Positions 9,745 through 19,276 of a stretch of DNA of 64,000 nucleotides are shown here, piece after piece. A model generated the notes under the pieces. The model saw only the letters and a list, made by a program, of their open reading frames with translations, ran no database searches and was not told the origin of the DNA. Made by a program: the position numbers and the translations under genes. This DNA comes from a bacterium (lineage in GTDB: Bacteria; UBA8248), in assembly GCA_963692865.2 (NCBI GenBank), contig OY843592.1, positions 3,072,001 to 3,136,000 of the forward strand. The letters are read 5' to 3'. Each line of letters starts with the position of its first letter. Position 1 is the first letter of the stretch.

Positions 9745-10911
9745 CTAGTCGCGCCTGGCGCCAAATACGCCGGAAACGTCGTGAATATCTCCACCGATCC
9801 TGTCGTTTTCAGCAACAGACGTCCTGAAACTGAACAAGCCACCCACTTCCTCGTGGCTCGGACCGTAGAATCGGCCTGAGATGCCTCTCCTCGCGCGATG
9901 TCGACTGACATTTGATTCCACCTCACTGATAGGAACGACTCCGAACGATCCGTTATGGAGTTTCAGCCCTGCCCAAGTAACATCATTGAAATTCGCACCA
10001 GTTTGTTCGTCTTTCATATTACTGAATTCAACATCCACCAGCAGACCAGAATTTCCTAGCGGATTGAAAACCGTAATTGTGGCATCGCCTTTGACGAAAC
10101 TATCCGGCTCGGCAATACGGATGCCAACCATAATCCCGGACCAAGTCGCGGCGCCGCCGGCTAAAACATCCGGATTCGAATCGATTGCGTTTCCTATCGA
10201 ATAGGCGCCATAGTAATTTGCGGAAATCCGGTTTTCTTCAGACGCTATCTCGATCCCGGGTGTCTTGAGAAGGAAAAAACTATGGTCGATCCAGCCGGCC
10301 AGGGCGCGGTAGTTGGTCGCATCGCCTCCTCCTCCTGAAACCTGCGTCCTTTCCGCCAAAGACACGCCGCGGCGGCGTTCGATGAAACGAAAGCCGGAAA
10401 AGTCAAACTTGCCAACCGCCCTGTAGTGAACCGGTCCGAGCCCTCCCTCACATCCCAATAACAGCGCCGCACACGTTACGGCGTCAGGAGGAGGAGGATC
10501 AGCACCAAATCGAGCCAACGCGAGAGATTTCGAATTGCTCCTTAAGTCGCTCAAAACGCCTTCGATTTCATTCGTCTCGAGAATCAAGGACTTGAAGCCA
10601 GGCACCCCGCCGGCAACCTCATACTCGACCGCGCCGTCGTCGGCTACGATCACCACACACGCGGGGCCGCCTGCCGGACACGACACTTCGACGTTGCCAT
10701 GCTCCTCGGAGGTGCCCGGCCGGACCGTGAACTCCTCCATCGGGGCAAGACCGTGGTTCGCGGGCGCCCCGGACAGAGCTACTGTGGCTTCTTCGTCCAC
10801 GGGTGGCATGGGCATCGAATCGACCACCGACCCGCTGCCTCCACAACCAGCCAACATCACCAAGAGCGGCAAGGCTACAAGAAGCGAAAGCTGATTCTTC
10901 CTATTCAACAT
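9745..10911 (-). CDS. Surface lipoprotein with C-terminal TbpB-like beta-barrel
   Basis: Lipobox LAG-CGGSG; ATWSGIMVG, ISGRFYGPSHEEVGGLF and terminal GVFGARRD resemble TbpB/fHbp-type barrels. Confidence 0.7.
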   Translation of the reverse strand: MLNRKNQLSLLVALPLLVMLAGCGGSGSVVDSMPMPPVDEEATVALSGAPANHGLAPMEEFTVRPGTSEEHGNVEVSCPAGGPACVVIVADDGAVEYEVAGGVPGFKSLILETNEIEGVLSDLRSNSKSLALARFGADPPPPDAVTCAALLLGCEGGLGPVHYRAVGKFDFSGFRFIERRRGVSLAERTQVSGGGGDATNYRALAGWIDHSFFLLKTPGIEIASEENRISANYYGAYSIGNAIDSNPDVLAGGAATWSGIMVGIRIAEPDSFVKGDATITVFNPLGNSGLLVDVEFSNMKDEQTGANFNDVTWAGLKLHNGSFGVVPISEVESNVSRHRARRGISGRFYGPSHEEVGGLFSFRTSVAENDRIGGDIHDVSGVFGARRD

Positions 10912-11296
10912 TGTTCGTTCCTTATGTTGCTTTTCGCTTTAGACACAACCCCTCGTTCATTCTGCACAAAGCTTGGGGTTTGTTCCAATTGAGGCGCATT
11001 TTGCAGATGCTTTCGGCGTTCTACGACCGGTTCGACTGGCCTCCACCAAGTGGTTCCTCAACACATTAGCCCAGCGTTAAGCCTGGAACAATATGCGGGA
11101 TTCAGACAGGCGCGCAGCCAGTCCGTATATCGTGTAAAAAAGGACAGTCCGGGCGAAACGAATTCTACATTTTCGCTCAAAATCTTCTGCAAGTTGATAA
11201 AGAATTCGACGAGATAGAACCAATGAGGGCGGAAACGCAGGTCTCCCGCAATGGCAAAACTTAGGTATGGAATACGCCAGTGGGTCCTCGCAGGAA

Positions 11297-12604
11297 CTAG
11301 GCGTCTTTCTTGTTCAGGAACGAATCCTTGAGGTATTCGACGGCGCGGTCGAGCTGGGCGTCCTTCTCTTCCTCCTCGGCCGCGCCCTGCGACTCGCCGG
11401 ACGGCGCGCCGCCCGGAGCGCCTTCTTTCTGCTCCCCCGCTTTCTCCGACTCGCCAGGCAGGTGGCCGGGCAGGTCCTTCTCGCGCATCGCGCTCGCGCG
11501 CCTCACCGCCTCGCTCACGATGTCGGGCTCGATCCCCTCGCCCTGGATGCGCCTTCCTTTGGGGGTGAAATAGAGCGCGGTGGTCAGCCGCAGTCCCGAG
11601 CCGTCCGAGAGCGGAACGACGGTCTGCACCGACCCCTTGCCGAACGTCTTGACGCCGACGAGCTTGGCGCGTCCCAAATCCTGGAGCGCGCCCGCCACGA
11701 TCTCCGACGCGCTCGCGCTGCCCGCGTTCACGAGCACCGCCATGGGAATCTTCCCGCCCGGCGTCTTGCCCGTCGAGGTGAAACGATGCTCCTGGTCGGT
11801 CATGCGGCCCTTGGTGTAGACGATCAAGCTGCCGGCCCCGAGGAAAATATCGGACACCGAAACGGCCTGGGAGAGAAGCCCGCCGGGGTTGTTGCGCAAA
11901 TCGAGAACGAGCGCTTTGGCGCCCTTGTCCTCGAGTGCGGACAGGGCGTCCCGCACCTCCTCGTCGGTTTCGTTCTGGAAGCTGCGAACCCGGATGTACG
12001 CGATGTCCTCGGGCAGCATGCGGCTCCTCACGCTCTTGATGCGGATGATCCGGCGCGTGATGGTGAAGGGGAGCAACTCCTTCTCCCCCTTGCGCCTCAC
12101 GGTGATCTTCACCTTCGTGCCGGGCTTGCCCCGAAGCTTCTTGACGACCTCCTGGAGCGGCATGTCTTTCGTGGGTTCTTTCTCGATGAAGATGATCTGA
12201 TCGCCCGCCTGCACGCCGGCCTTGTACGCCGGGGTATCCTCGATGGGCGTCACCACGGTAAGTACGTCGTCCCGGATCGATATCTCCACGCCCAGGCCCC
12301 CGAAGCGGCCCGTGGTCTCGACCTGCATCTCCCTGAAATACTCGGGGCTCAGATAGCTCGTGTGGGGGTCGAGCGTGCGGAGCATGCCCTGGATGGCGCC
12401 GCGAATCAGCTTCCTGGCCTCGACCTTGTTGACGTAGTTCTCCTCGACGAGGCTCAGCACCTCGCTGAACGCCCGCAGTTCGGAATACGCGCTCGTCTCG
12501 CTCGCGGAGAGATTCGCGACGGGGCCCGCCGCCATCCCCGCGACGAACAGCGCCAGAACGCCGGCCCAAATCATCCACCCGGACAAACGATATTTTTTCG
12601 ACAT
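11297..12604 (-). CDS. ctpA: Carboxy-terminal processing protease (S41, PDZ)
   Basis: LDPHT, FGGLG, DLRNNPGGLL, SASASEIVAGALQD, TFGKGSVQ. Confidence 0.95.
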   Translation of the reverse strand: MSKKYRLSGWMIWAGVLALFVAGMAAGPVANLSASETSAYSELRAFSEVLSLVEENYVNKVEARKLIRGAIQGMLRTLDPHTSYLSPEYFREMQVETTGRFGGLGVEISIRDDVLTVVTPIEDTPAYKAGVQAGDQIIFIEKEPTKDMPLQEVVKKLRGKPGTKVKITVRRKGEKELLPFTITRRIIRIKSVRSRMLPEDIAYIRVRSFQNETDEEVRDALSALEDKGAKALVLDLRNNPGGLLSQAVSVSDIFLGAGSLIVYTKGRMTDQEHRFTSTGKTPGGKIPMAVLVNAGSASASEIVAGALQDLGRAKLVGVKTFGKGSVQTVVPLSDGSGLRLTTALYFTPKGRRIQGEGIEPDIVSEAVRRASAMREKDLPGHLPGESEKAGEQKEGAPGGAPSGESQGAAEEEEKDAQLDRAVEYLKDSFLNKKDA

Positions 12605-12758
12605 CTCTCACTCCTCAGAGGATGCGGCCCAAAAGAGCGATTCTACTCCACGAGGCGCGATAACGCCACAAGAGAGCGCAGTTTCGGGTGCGGGAGAAGA
12701 ACATGGCGTCGTGTCCACCTCCGCATAATAGGGAGTCATTCTTCTCCGGTTGCGTCAT

Positions 12759-13010
12759 GGGGGGTTGTTGAAAAAACCTCGCCGCCTCGTTCTGAACAGC
12801 GGCGAAGCAGCGTATCGAAGGGGATGCCTTCTCGCCCCGGCGCGAGGCGTTCGACTTCCCAAGCCCTGCGATACAAACGCTCCCTCCCCGGTCGCGTATG
12901 ACCTTCGGAGGCTATTCAGGATGAGGAAAGAGGCGTCGTCCGTTTGCGGGGGTCGAACGCGACCGGGGAGGGAGTGTTCGCTGTCCTTGACGGGGCTTTT
13001 TCAACAACCC
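12759..13010. repeat. Nested repeat element with GGGGTTGTTGAAAAA...TTTTTCAACAACCCC termini
   Basis: Terminal inverted repeat of about 15 bp enclosing degenerate GTATCGAAGG and CTATTCAGGATGAGG units. Confidence 0.8.
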
Positions 13011-13035
13011 CATGTGCGCTCACTCGGAATTACCC

Positions 13036-13563
13036 TCATTCAGTGGAGCGGTCCTTCTCGGAAGAAGAGTCTTCCAGGACGGGAGCCAGCAGGTGATGGA
13101 TGATCTCGGCGACGAATTCGCCGCGCCCCCGCACGCCGGCCTTTGTGTAGAGGGTGCTGGCCTGCAGCCGGGTGGTGTTTTCCTTGACCTGGCGCAGTTC
13201 GGCGATTTCGGCAAAGCGGTAACCTTTGATGATCATCCATGCGATTTCTCTTTCACTGGGGGTCAGTTTCCACTCATCCATCTGTTCTTCGATGCCGGCG
13301 GCAAGCTCGCCTGCGAGCGCCTTGTTCCGGGTCTCCTCCCGTTGCAGGCGCGTTCGCAAGTCGGCGATATCCTTCAAACTGAGGATGAGGACCACCAACA
13401 CGGAAAGAAATACGAACGCTTCGACAATAAAATGCGTAGAGGCGAATTCTCCCTCCAAAGATGCGTCTGCGATCAGGTCATAAATCAGGAACAATGCGGC
13501 CGGAAAAAGTATGGCTACCCGGAAAGTTCTATTTGAACTTTGTTCTGGTAGTATTCTTCTCAC
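13036..13563 (-). CDS. Membrane-anchored LuxR-type HTH transcriptional regulator
   Basis: Two N-terminal TM helices, a coiled coil, then WKLTPSEREIAWMIIKG..EIAELRQVKENT HTH. GTG start at 13563 is inferred. Confidence 0.82.
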   Translation of the reverse strand: MRRILPEQSSNRTFRVAILFPAALFLIYDLIADASLEGEFASTHFIVEAFVFLSVLVVLILSLKDIADLRTRLQREETRNKALAGELAAGIEEQMDEWKLTPSEREIAWMIIKGYRFAEIAELRQVKENTTRLQASTLYTKAGVRGRGEFVAEIIHHLLAPVLEDSSSEKDRSTE

Positions 13564-13779
13564 ATCAGATCGTCCTATTTTCGGACTGTACAGGCACCAT
13601 TCTGCGTTGTGGCGGCAGGCAAGAATTATATCGATAGGATATCTTAATTTCACAGCCTTTGAAAATGGATTGATTTGTCGAATGCCGAACACACCCGATG
13701 CGCCTCTGTCTCAACCTGGGCGCATGCGCACGGCGAGTACGACTCAATGACAAAAAGGGATTGTCCCGGACGAGAGGGG

Positions 13780-14214
13780 TCAATTCCGACCAGTGCGGGA
13801 AGTCCTGTTTTTGCCTTTCATCCAAAGGGCAGCGCGCCGCAGCCTGCGGAACCAGGGGTACAGCATTCGCACGCGCCCTGGATTCGAAGAAAACCACTTC
13901 GCGAACCTGTTGAACCAGTCGCCTCCGCTCGTCATCGCCTCGAGCGCGGTCATGGCCGCAGCGCCCTGATAGTTCCGGCCGTCCAGGACGAGAATCATCC
14001 CCTCCTCGATGTCGCAGCCTTCCCGCCGCAACTCGGCGACGAGTTCGGGCGCCTGCCCGGCGTCGATGAGTTTCAAGGTTCGCCCGGTTTGCGTCTCGAA
14101 CCTCGATTTTCGCGCATAAAAGCTGCAAAACGGGCACTCGCCGTCATAGAGCAAAAAGGCGTCCCGTGAAGATAAATCGGCGGATTGAACGCGCCCGGCC
14201 TCTGGTGAAGTCAT
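13780..14214 (-). CDS. DCC1-like (DUF393) thiol-disulfide oxidoreductase
   Basis: N-terminal LLYDGECPFC (DxxCxxC), YQGAAA, and C-terminal LYP..R. Confidence 0.85.
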   Translation of the reverse strand: MTSPEAGRVQSADLSSRDAFLLYDGECPFCSFYARKSRFETQTGRTLKLIDAGQAPELVAELRREGCDIEEGMILVLDGRNYQGAAAMTALEAMTSGGDWFNRFAKWFSSNPGRVRMLYPWFRRLRRAALWMKGKNRTSRTGRN

Positions 14215-14411
14215 GCTTGCCCCTCCGGTTCCACGCCCATATTCTCCTCACATAAAACATACAGCCAAGAGATGATCCCCCCGCGTGAACTCCGCAACAG
14301 AGCGAAATCGGCGGCGTCCCTGAAGATAATGCCCGCATCAGCCTCACGGCTTCAGCGAGATCAAGGCAATCCGGATTGCTACCTGAACATTGTAAAGTTT
14401 CATGGTTGAAA

Positions 14412-15779
14412 TCATTTTCTCCTCCGCTTCCGGCGTCGCTCATGAAGAGGCACCTCCAAGGGCTTGATCCACGCCTTTGGCCAAATCGAGCGCGGCTCCT
14501 TCAAGAGGTTGACGTCGGGGTCCAGCAAGTGTTGTCGCCTCCGGCCGTTCAGGGACACCCTGGCGTCGACGCGGATCGAGGATACCTTTATTCCTTCCGC
14601 CCGCAACCGGTCGCCCAGATAGTAGACGAATTGATGAATCATGTCCGGTCTGCCGGCCATTTTCCTCGCCTGCCAGGATTTGATGTAGCGGGTGGGAGAT
14701 ACTTTATACTCGTTTCCCGACTCGTCCGCGACCAGAAACCGCACCCGCCCGGATTTGCTGCGAAGCTTCATGTGCCAGGCGTAGAGATGTCCCTCTTCGG
14801 TCCAATTCACATTTCCGGGATAGAGCCAGTGCCTCAGCGGCATCAACAGTTGCCAGCAGACATAGGCCGCGAGGAATGTAAATACGACCCGGGAACATCG
14901 ATTTGCGCCGGGAGGTTGCGCCGTCTGGTTTCTTTTCAGGATTACATATCGCCTGGGCCAGTCGGGAGGAAAAAACACCGTTGAGAGGGCGATGGCGAAC
15001 CAGGGGAATATACCGATGTGAAAGATGACGGCGTTGGTGAGGTTGAAAAACAGCACGCCTGCGAATGCCGCAACCCTCGTCCGCCTCCACATCAGGAGCG
15101 GCACGATGAGCAGGTCGAAGAACAGAGCGCCATAGTTCATGAGCATTACGACCGATTCCTGACCGAACAGGGGGCCGAGCAAGGGATAGTCCATGCGTTT
15201 ATGCAGCCAGCTTCTCAACGGCTCCCCGGCCAGCCAGTCGGCGTTGATCTTGGCGATGCCGCCGTAGAAATAGACGACGCCCATCTGGAAGCGCAGAATC
15301 CACAGACTCCACACGGGGACGGTATCCGTTCCCGCGCAGAGTCCGAACTTCGCATCCAGCGACACGGCCCGGTTCGCCGGGACCACTGTCATCAGAAAGC
15401 TTACCAGGCACACGAGATAAAAGTGATTCAGGTAGCGCGCCTGCTCGAGCAGGAAGACATAGCTGAAGGCGATGAAGAAAAGAGCGGCGGCGACGCGATA
15501 GAACAAGCCGAAGGTGATGAGCAGGGCCAGAAAACCCAGCCCCAGGAAATGCCAATACATTCCATCGCCGGGCCAGGGCGCGACCCAGTCGAACCCGAAG
15601 TAGCGGAAATGAAAATCCGGCGTGATCCAGTAGTTGCGTATCCAGCCCTTCTTGAAATAACGCGCGACTTCCCACAGCATGATCAGCCCGAAAAGTATAC
15701 GGACCATCACCAGCGAGGCAATATCGGTGGGCTCCGCAAGCCGCTCACGCCACTCCGTTACCACCTGCTTTGCGCTCAT
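14412..15779 (-). CDS. HTTM-domain vitamin K-dependent gamma-carboxylase (VKGC) homologue
   Basis: RILFG, YLNHFYL, YFYGGIAKINADWL, IGIFP, NWTEEGHLYAWHMKLRSK and SLNGR..DPDVNL cover both the HTTM and VKGC lumenal-domain motifs. RBS GAGGA before ATG 15779. Confidence 0.92.
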   Translation of the reverse strand: MSAKQVVTEWRERLAEPTDIASLVMVRILFGLIMLWEVARYFKKGWIRNYWITPDFHFRYFGFDWVAPWPGDGMYWHFLGLGFLALLITFGLFYRVAAALFFIAFSYVFLLEQARYLNHFYLVCLVSFLMTVVPANRAVSLDAKFGLCAGTDTVPVWSLWILRFQMGVVYFYGGIAKINADWLAGEPLRSWLHKRMDYPLLGPLFGQESVVMLMNYGALFFDLLIVPLLMWRRTRVAAFAGVLFFNLTNAVIFHIGIFPWFAIALSTVFFPPDWPRRYVILKRNQTAQPPGANRCSRVVFTFLAAYVCWQLLMPLRHWLYPGNVNWTEEGHLYAWHMKLRSKSGRVRFLVADESGNEYKVSPTRYIKSWQARKMAGRPDMIHQFVYYLGDRLRAEGIKVSSIRVDARVSLNGRRRQHLLDPDVNLLKEPRSIWPKAWIKPLEVPLHERRRKRRRK

Positions 15780-15973
15780 TTTGTTTTCCTCGAACAAGTT
15801 CCGAGGGTTCGCATCAGGCTTGCGCCATCTTTTCTATGCGCCAAGCGGAATCTTGCAAATGGAGGGCAGCGCCGCGGCAAGCGGCAACTCGCAAGAAAGA
15901 CTTGTCCGAAGCGATTGCAATTCAGCGAGGCGCATGGAATTTCCTGTTCGCTCTCCTTAAAGAGCAATCGAAT

Positions 15974-18754
15974 CTATGGCGTACGTTTGGCCCCGAACGC
16001 GCCGACGATGCTCTGGAGGCTGTCCACCGTGTTGGCTCCGAAAGTTCCCGCCACAGAACCGGGATGATCGGCGGGGTCGGCGCGGTTGCCCAAGAACTTA
16101 CCGCCCCACTTGCCCGTGAACGCGACGCCGTCGTCCGTCGTCTCGCTGGTGTCGCCGTCGAAGTTCCCCCCGAGGTCGCCGTCGGTGATGCCGGCGGAAC
16201 CCAGAGTCAACGCGGGCAGGGACACGCCCCCATCCGTCCTGCCCCCCGTAATCGACCCCGAGACGCTTCCCAGCGCAGCCGCGTCACCAAAATCGACCGC
16301 CAGATCCGCTCGCGCGTCGAAATAATCGAATACGGGGTTTGCGTCCGCATCCGCCTTCGTCATGTACAGACCGGTCGCGGGCCCGCTGTAGGTCGCCGCG
16401 CCCGTCAGGCCGGCCAGGTTGTCGTTTTCGAAGGGATCGTTGCCCCCTGCGGCGACGCCCAGTTCGTACGAGCCGGTGTAGTTTCCGTCGCCGGGGTCCT
16501 TGTAGATGAACAGCCACGAACCCAGCGAGAGGTAGTCTTGGTCCGTGTTCTCCTGGCTGTCGGTGTAGGCGTCCCAGTTAAAGATTCCATCAGAAACATC
16601 CTTGTGGGTCTCGACGCCCCTCCAGCCCGCCGCCGGGCTGTCCGTCATCCTCGATGACACGTCCTGATCCGTCGTGCTCAAAGTCGAGACGGTGGAGCCG
16701 GTTTCGCGTTTAAAGGTGAACTGCACGTCCCCGCTCGCATCGCGCTCCACGAGGAAATACGAAGGATCCAAGACGCGACCGCCGGGGGTGTGGGACGATT
16801 GCGTGGTGCTGCTCATTTCTCTCGACGTGGGCGTGTGCCCCAGAAGCCATGCTCCCCCGGCTCTCAGGATGTGATCCGCAGCGCCCCTCGCCAGCTTCGG
16901 GGTCTCGTTGATTTCCATGCTCGTCTCCGGCAACGCGGGCGTGGACGCGGACCCCACAGGCCGCGCTCCCCCGGCCGTCAGGATATGCACCGCGGCGCCT
17001 GCCGCCAGAACCGGGTTCTCATTCACTTCTTTCAGCAAAGACCCGTAGCGAGCTGATGGGGTTCGTTTGGCCCCGAACGCGCCGACGATGCTCTGGAGGC
17101 TGTCCACCGTGTTGGCCCCGAAGGTGCCCGCCACGGAACCGGGATGATCGGCGGAGTCGGCGCGGTTGCCGAAGAACTTACCGCCCCACTTGCCCGTGAA
17201 CGCGACGCCGTCGTCCGTCGTCCCGCTGGTGTCGCCGCCGAAGTTCCCCCCGAGAGCGCCGTCGGTGATGCCGGCGGAACCCAAGGTCAACGCGGGCAGG
17301 GACACGCCCCCATCCGTCCTGCCCCCCGTAATCGACCCCGAGACGCTTCCCAGCGCAGCCGCGTCACCAAAATCGACCGCCAGATCCGCTCGCGCGTCGA
17401 AATAATCGAATACGGGGTTTGCGTCCGCATCCGCCTTCGTCATGTACAGACCGGTCGCGGGCCCGCTGTAGGTCGCCGCGCCCGTCAGGCCGGCCAGGTT
17501 GTCGTTTTCGAAGGGATCGTTGCCCCCTGCGGCGACGCCCAGCTCGTACGAGCCGGTGAAGCTCCCGTCTTCGGGGTCCTTGTAGATGAACAGCCACGAA
17601 CCCAGCGAGAGGTAGTCCTCGTCCGCGTTGCCTTGGCTGTCGGTGTAGGCGTCCCAGTTGAAAATGCCGTCCGTCGCATCCTTGTGGGTCTCGATCCCTT
17701 TCCAGCCAGGCGCCAGATCATCCATCATTCTCGATGAAACGTCTTCATCCGTCGTGCTCAGGGTCGAAACGGTGGAGCCGGTTTCGCGTTTGAAGGTGAA
17801 CTGCACGTCCCCGCTCGCATCGCGCTCCGCGAGGAAATACGAGGGGTCCGAGACCCGCCCGCCGGGGGTGTGGGACGATTGCGTCGTGCTGCTCATCTCC
17901 GACACTCGACCGTCGATGAGGGAGGACGTAATGATGAGGAAGGAAGACGATTGCGTCGTGCTGCTCGTCTCCTGCAACGCGGACCCCAGAGGGCGCGCTC
18001 CCCCGGCTTTCTGGATGCGCTCCGCGGCGCCCCTCGCCAGCTTCTGGTCCGCCTTGACTTCCTTCAACAAAGACCCTTTGCGAACCGATGATGCCAAATT
18101 GCCGATTCTGCCATCATCATCGTCGTCGTCGCTGTCGTTATCGTTGTCATTGTCATTGTCGTCATCGCTGTCGTTGTCGTCGTTATCATTATCGTTGTCG
18201 TTATCGTTGTCGCCGGAGCCGGGAGGCGAGTTTCCAGGCTGATTCACGGGCGGCGAGGCGCCGTCATCATCGTCGTCGTCGCTGTCGTTATCGTTGTCAT
18301 TGTCATTGTCGTCATCGTTGTCGTTGTCGTCGTTATCATTATCGTTGTCGTTATCGTTGTCGCCGGAGCCGGGAGGCGGGTTCCCAGGCTGATTCACGGG
18401 CGGTGAGGCGCCGTCATCATCGTCGTCGTCGCTGTCGTTGTCATTGTCGTCATCGTTGTCGTTGTCGTCGTTATCATTATCGTTGTCGTTATCGTTGTCG
18501 CCGGAGCCGGGAGGCCGGTTTCCAGGCTGATTCACGGGCGGCGAGGCGCCGTCGTCATCGTCGTCGTCGTCGTCTGACTCCGACATTATCATCGTGCTGG
18601 ATGCGGCCTCGGCCCTGGGGGAAATGGCGTCCCCCACAATGGTTAAGAGCGCGGACACGGTTCCGCCCCCACCGTAACCCCAGACGATGAAAACAAGCGC
18701 GAACGAGATCGATATGGCGAAAAGCGAAAATTTAGAGAGGGGTTTTCTTGCCAT
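15974..18754 (-). CDS. Large exported acidic protein: three Asp/Asn repeat blocks and two tandem TbpB-like barrel modules
   Basis: Hydrophobic N-terminus, D/N tracts, and two near-identical modules (ATYSGPATGLY...WGGKF.GN...GSVAGTFGA...GAFGAKR). Confidence 0.8.
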   Translation of the reverse strand: MARKPLSKFSLFAISISFALVFIVWGYGGGGTVSALLTIVGDAISPRAEAASSTMIMSESDDDDDDDDGASPPVNQPGNRPPGSGDNDNDNDNDNDDNDNDDDNDNDSDDDDDDGASPPVNQPGNPPPGSGDNDNDNDNDNDDNDNDDDNDNDNDNDSDDDDDDGASPPVNQPGNSPPGSGDNDNDNDNDNDDNDSDDDNDNDNDNDSDDDDDDGRIGNLASSVRKGSLLKEVKADQKLARGAAERIQKAGGARPLGSALQETSSTTQSSSFLIITSSLIDGRVSEMSSTTQSSHTPGGRVSDPSYFLAERDASGDVQFTFKRETGSTVSTLSTTDEDVSSRMMDDLAPGWKGIETHKDATDGIFNWDAYTDSQGNADEDYLSLGSWLFIYKDPEDGSFTGSYELGVAAGGNDPFENDNLAGLTGAATYSGPATGLYMTKADADANPVFDYFDARADLAVDFGDAAALGSVSGSITGGRTDGGVSLPALTLGSAGITDGALGGNFGGDTSGTTDDGVAFTGKWGGKFFGNRADSADHPGSVAGTFGANTVDSLQSIVGAFGAKRTPSARYGSLLKEVNENPVLAAGAAVHILTAGGARPVGSASTPALPETSMEINETPKLARGAADHILRAGGAWLLGHTPTSREMSSTTQSSHTPGGRVLDPSYFLVERDASGDVQFTFKRETGSTVSTLSTTDQDVSSRMTDSPAAGWRGVETHKDVSDGIFNWDAYTDSQENTDQDYLSLGSWLFIYKDPGDGNYTGSYELGVAAGGNDPFENDNLAGLTGAATYSGPATGLYMTKADADANPVFDYFDARADLAVDFGDAAALGSVSGSITGGRTDGGVSLPALTLGSAGITDGDLGGNFDGDTSETTDDGVAFTGKWGGKFLGNRADPADHPGSVAGTFGANTVDSLQSIVGAFGAKRTP
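15984..17896. repeat. Intragenic direct duplication, period 1080 bp
   Basis: About 15984-16816 matches 17064-17896; for example lines 16261-16440 and 17341-17520 are identical. Confidence 0.95.
18112..18572 (-). repeat. Tandem coding repeats (DDDDDGASPPVNQPGNxPPGSG-[DN]n) x3
   Basis: Three copies of GGCGCCTC(G/A)CCGCCCGTGAATCAGCCTGG (minus strand) separated by GAC/GAT/AAC/AAT microsatellite-like tracts of unequal length. Confidence 0.95.
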
Positions 18755-19094
18755 CGGTTATTCTCCTTTCCGATATTCATCAAACTCGTCGTCGGCATGG
18801 GAGACGCCGCCCAACGTCAATGAAAGGGCGTGGCGCAACCCGGCGCAACAGGGAATGCTTATTGGACAGTCTAGCGACTGAGAGGCGACGTCCTCCATAT
18901 ATTGTTGGTTATATATTTCCCGAATCCATACCAACGCTATATATGAGAGGCCCGATTTTGCGGAAAGTGATGCCCGGCGCTGGCGAATGCGCCGAATCGA
19001 AGAAGGCGCCGCATTCTTGCAGCGCCCGGAATGTCAAAAACTGAACCGGAGCGGCCCGCGCCCGTTCCGGCCGATGGGAATTTCTGTAAATATC

Positions 19095-19144
19095 GATAAA
19101 TTCAGGGGGTTTTTTGATAAATTGACGACGTATTTCGATAAATT
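19095..19144. promoter_or_regulatory. Phased GATAAATT x3 array (21-bp period), probable protein-binding site
   Basis: GATAAATT at 19095, 19116 and 19137; an inverted 27/28 copy of the core lies at 41131-41158. Confidence 0.5.
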
Positions 19145-19276
19145 TCCTGCTCCCGGCGGAGGCGCAACTCCCCCGCCGCCGGAAACATGGTGAGAATACA
19201 CGAGCCTGCGGGCGCGATCATCACGGCAAATGCGCGCATCTGCGGGCAAATGCGCGCGTCGTTTCACGGGGAACGT

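Noticed and set aside
11058-12901. Long alternative-frame and antisense ORFs (for example 11058..12611, 11267..12901, 2018..3586, 49035..50603, 57369..59288, 61098..62546)
   Set aside because: Shadow ORFs of well-supported genes in high-GC DNA; Arg/Gly/Pro-rich with no recognisable motifs.
18088-18690. Cys/Arg/His-rich 200-aa ORF resembling a metallothionein
   Set aside because: It is the antisense translation of the Asp/Asn repeats.
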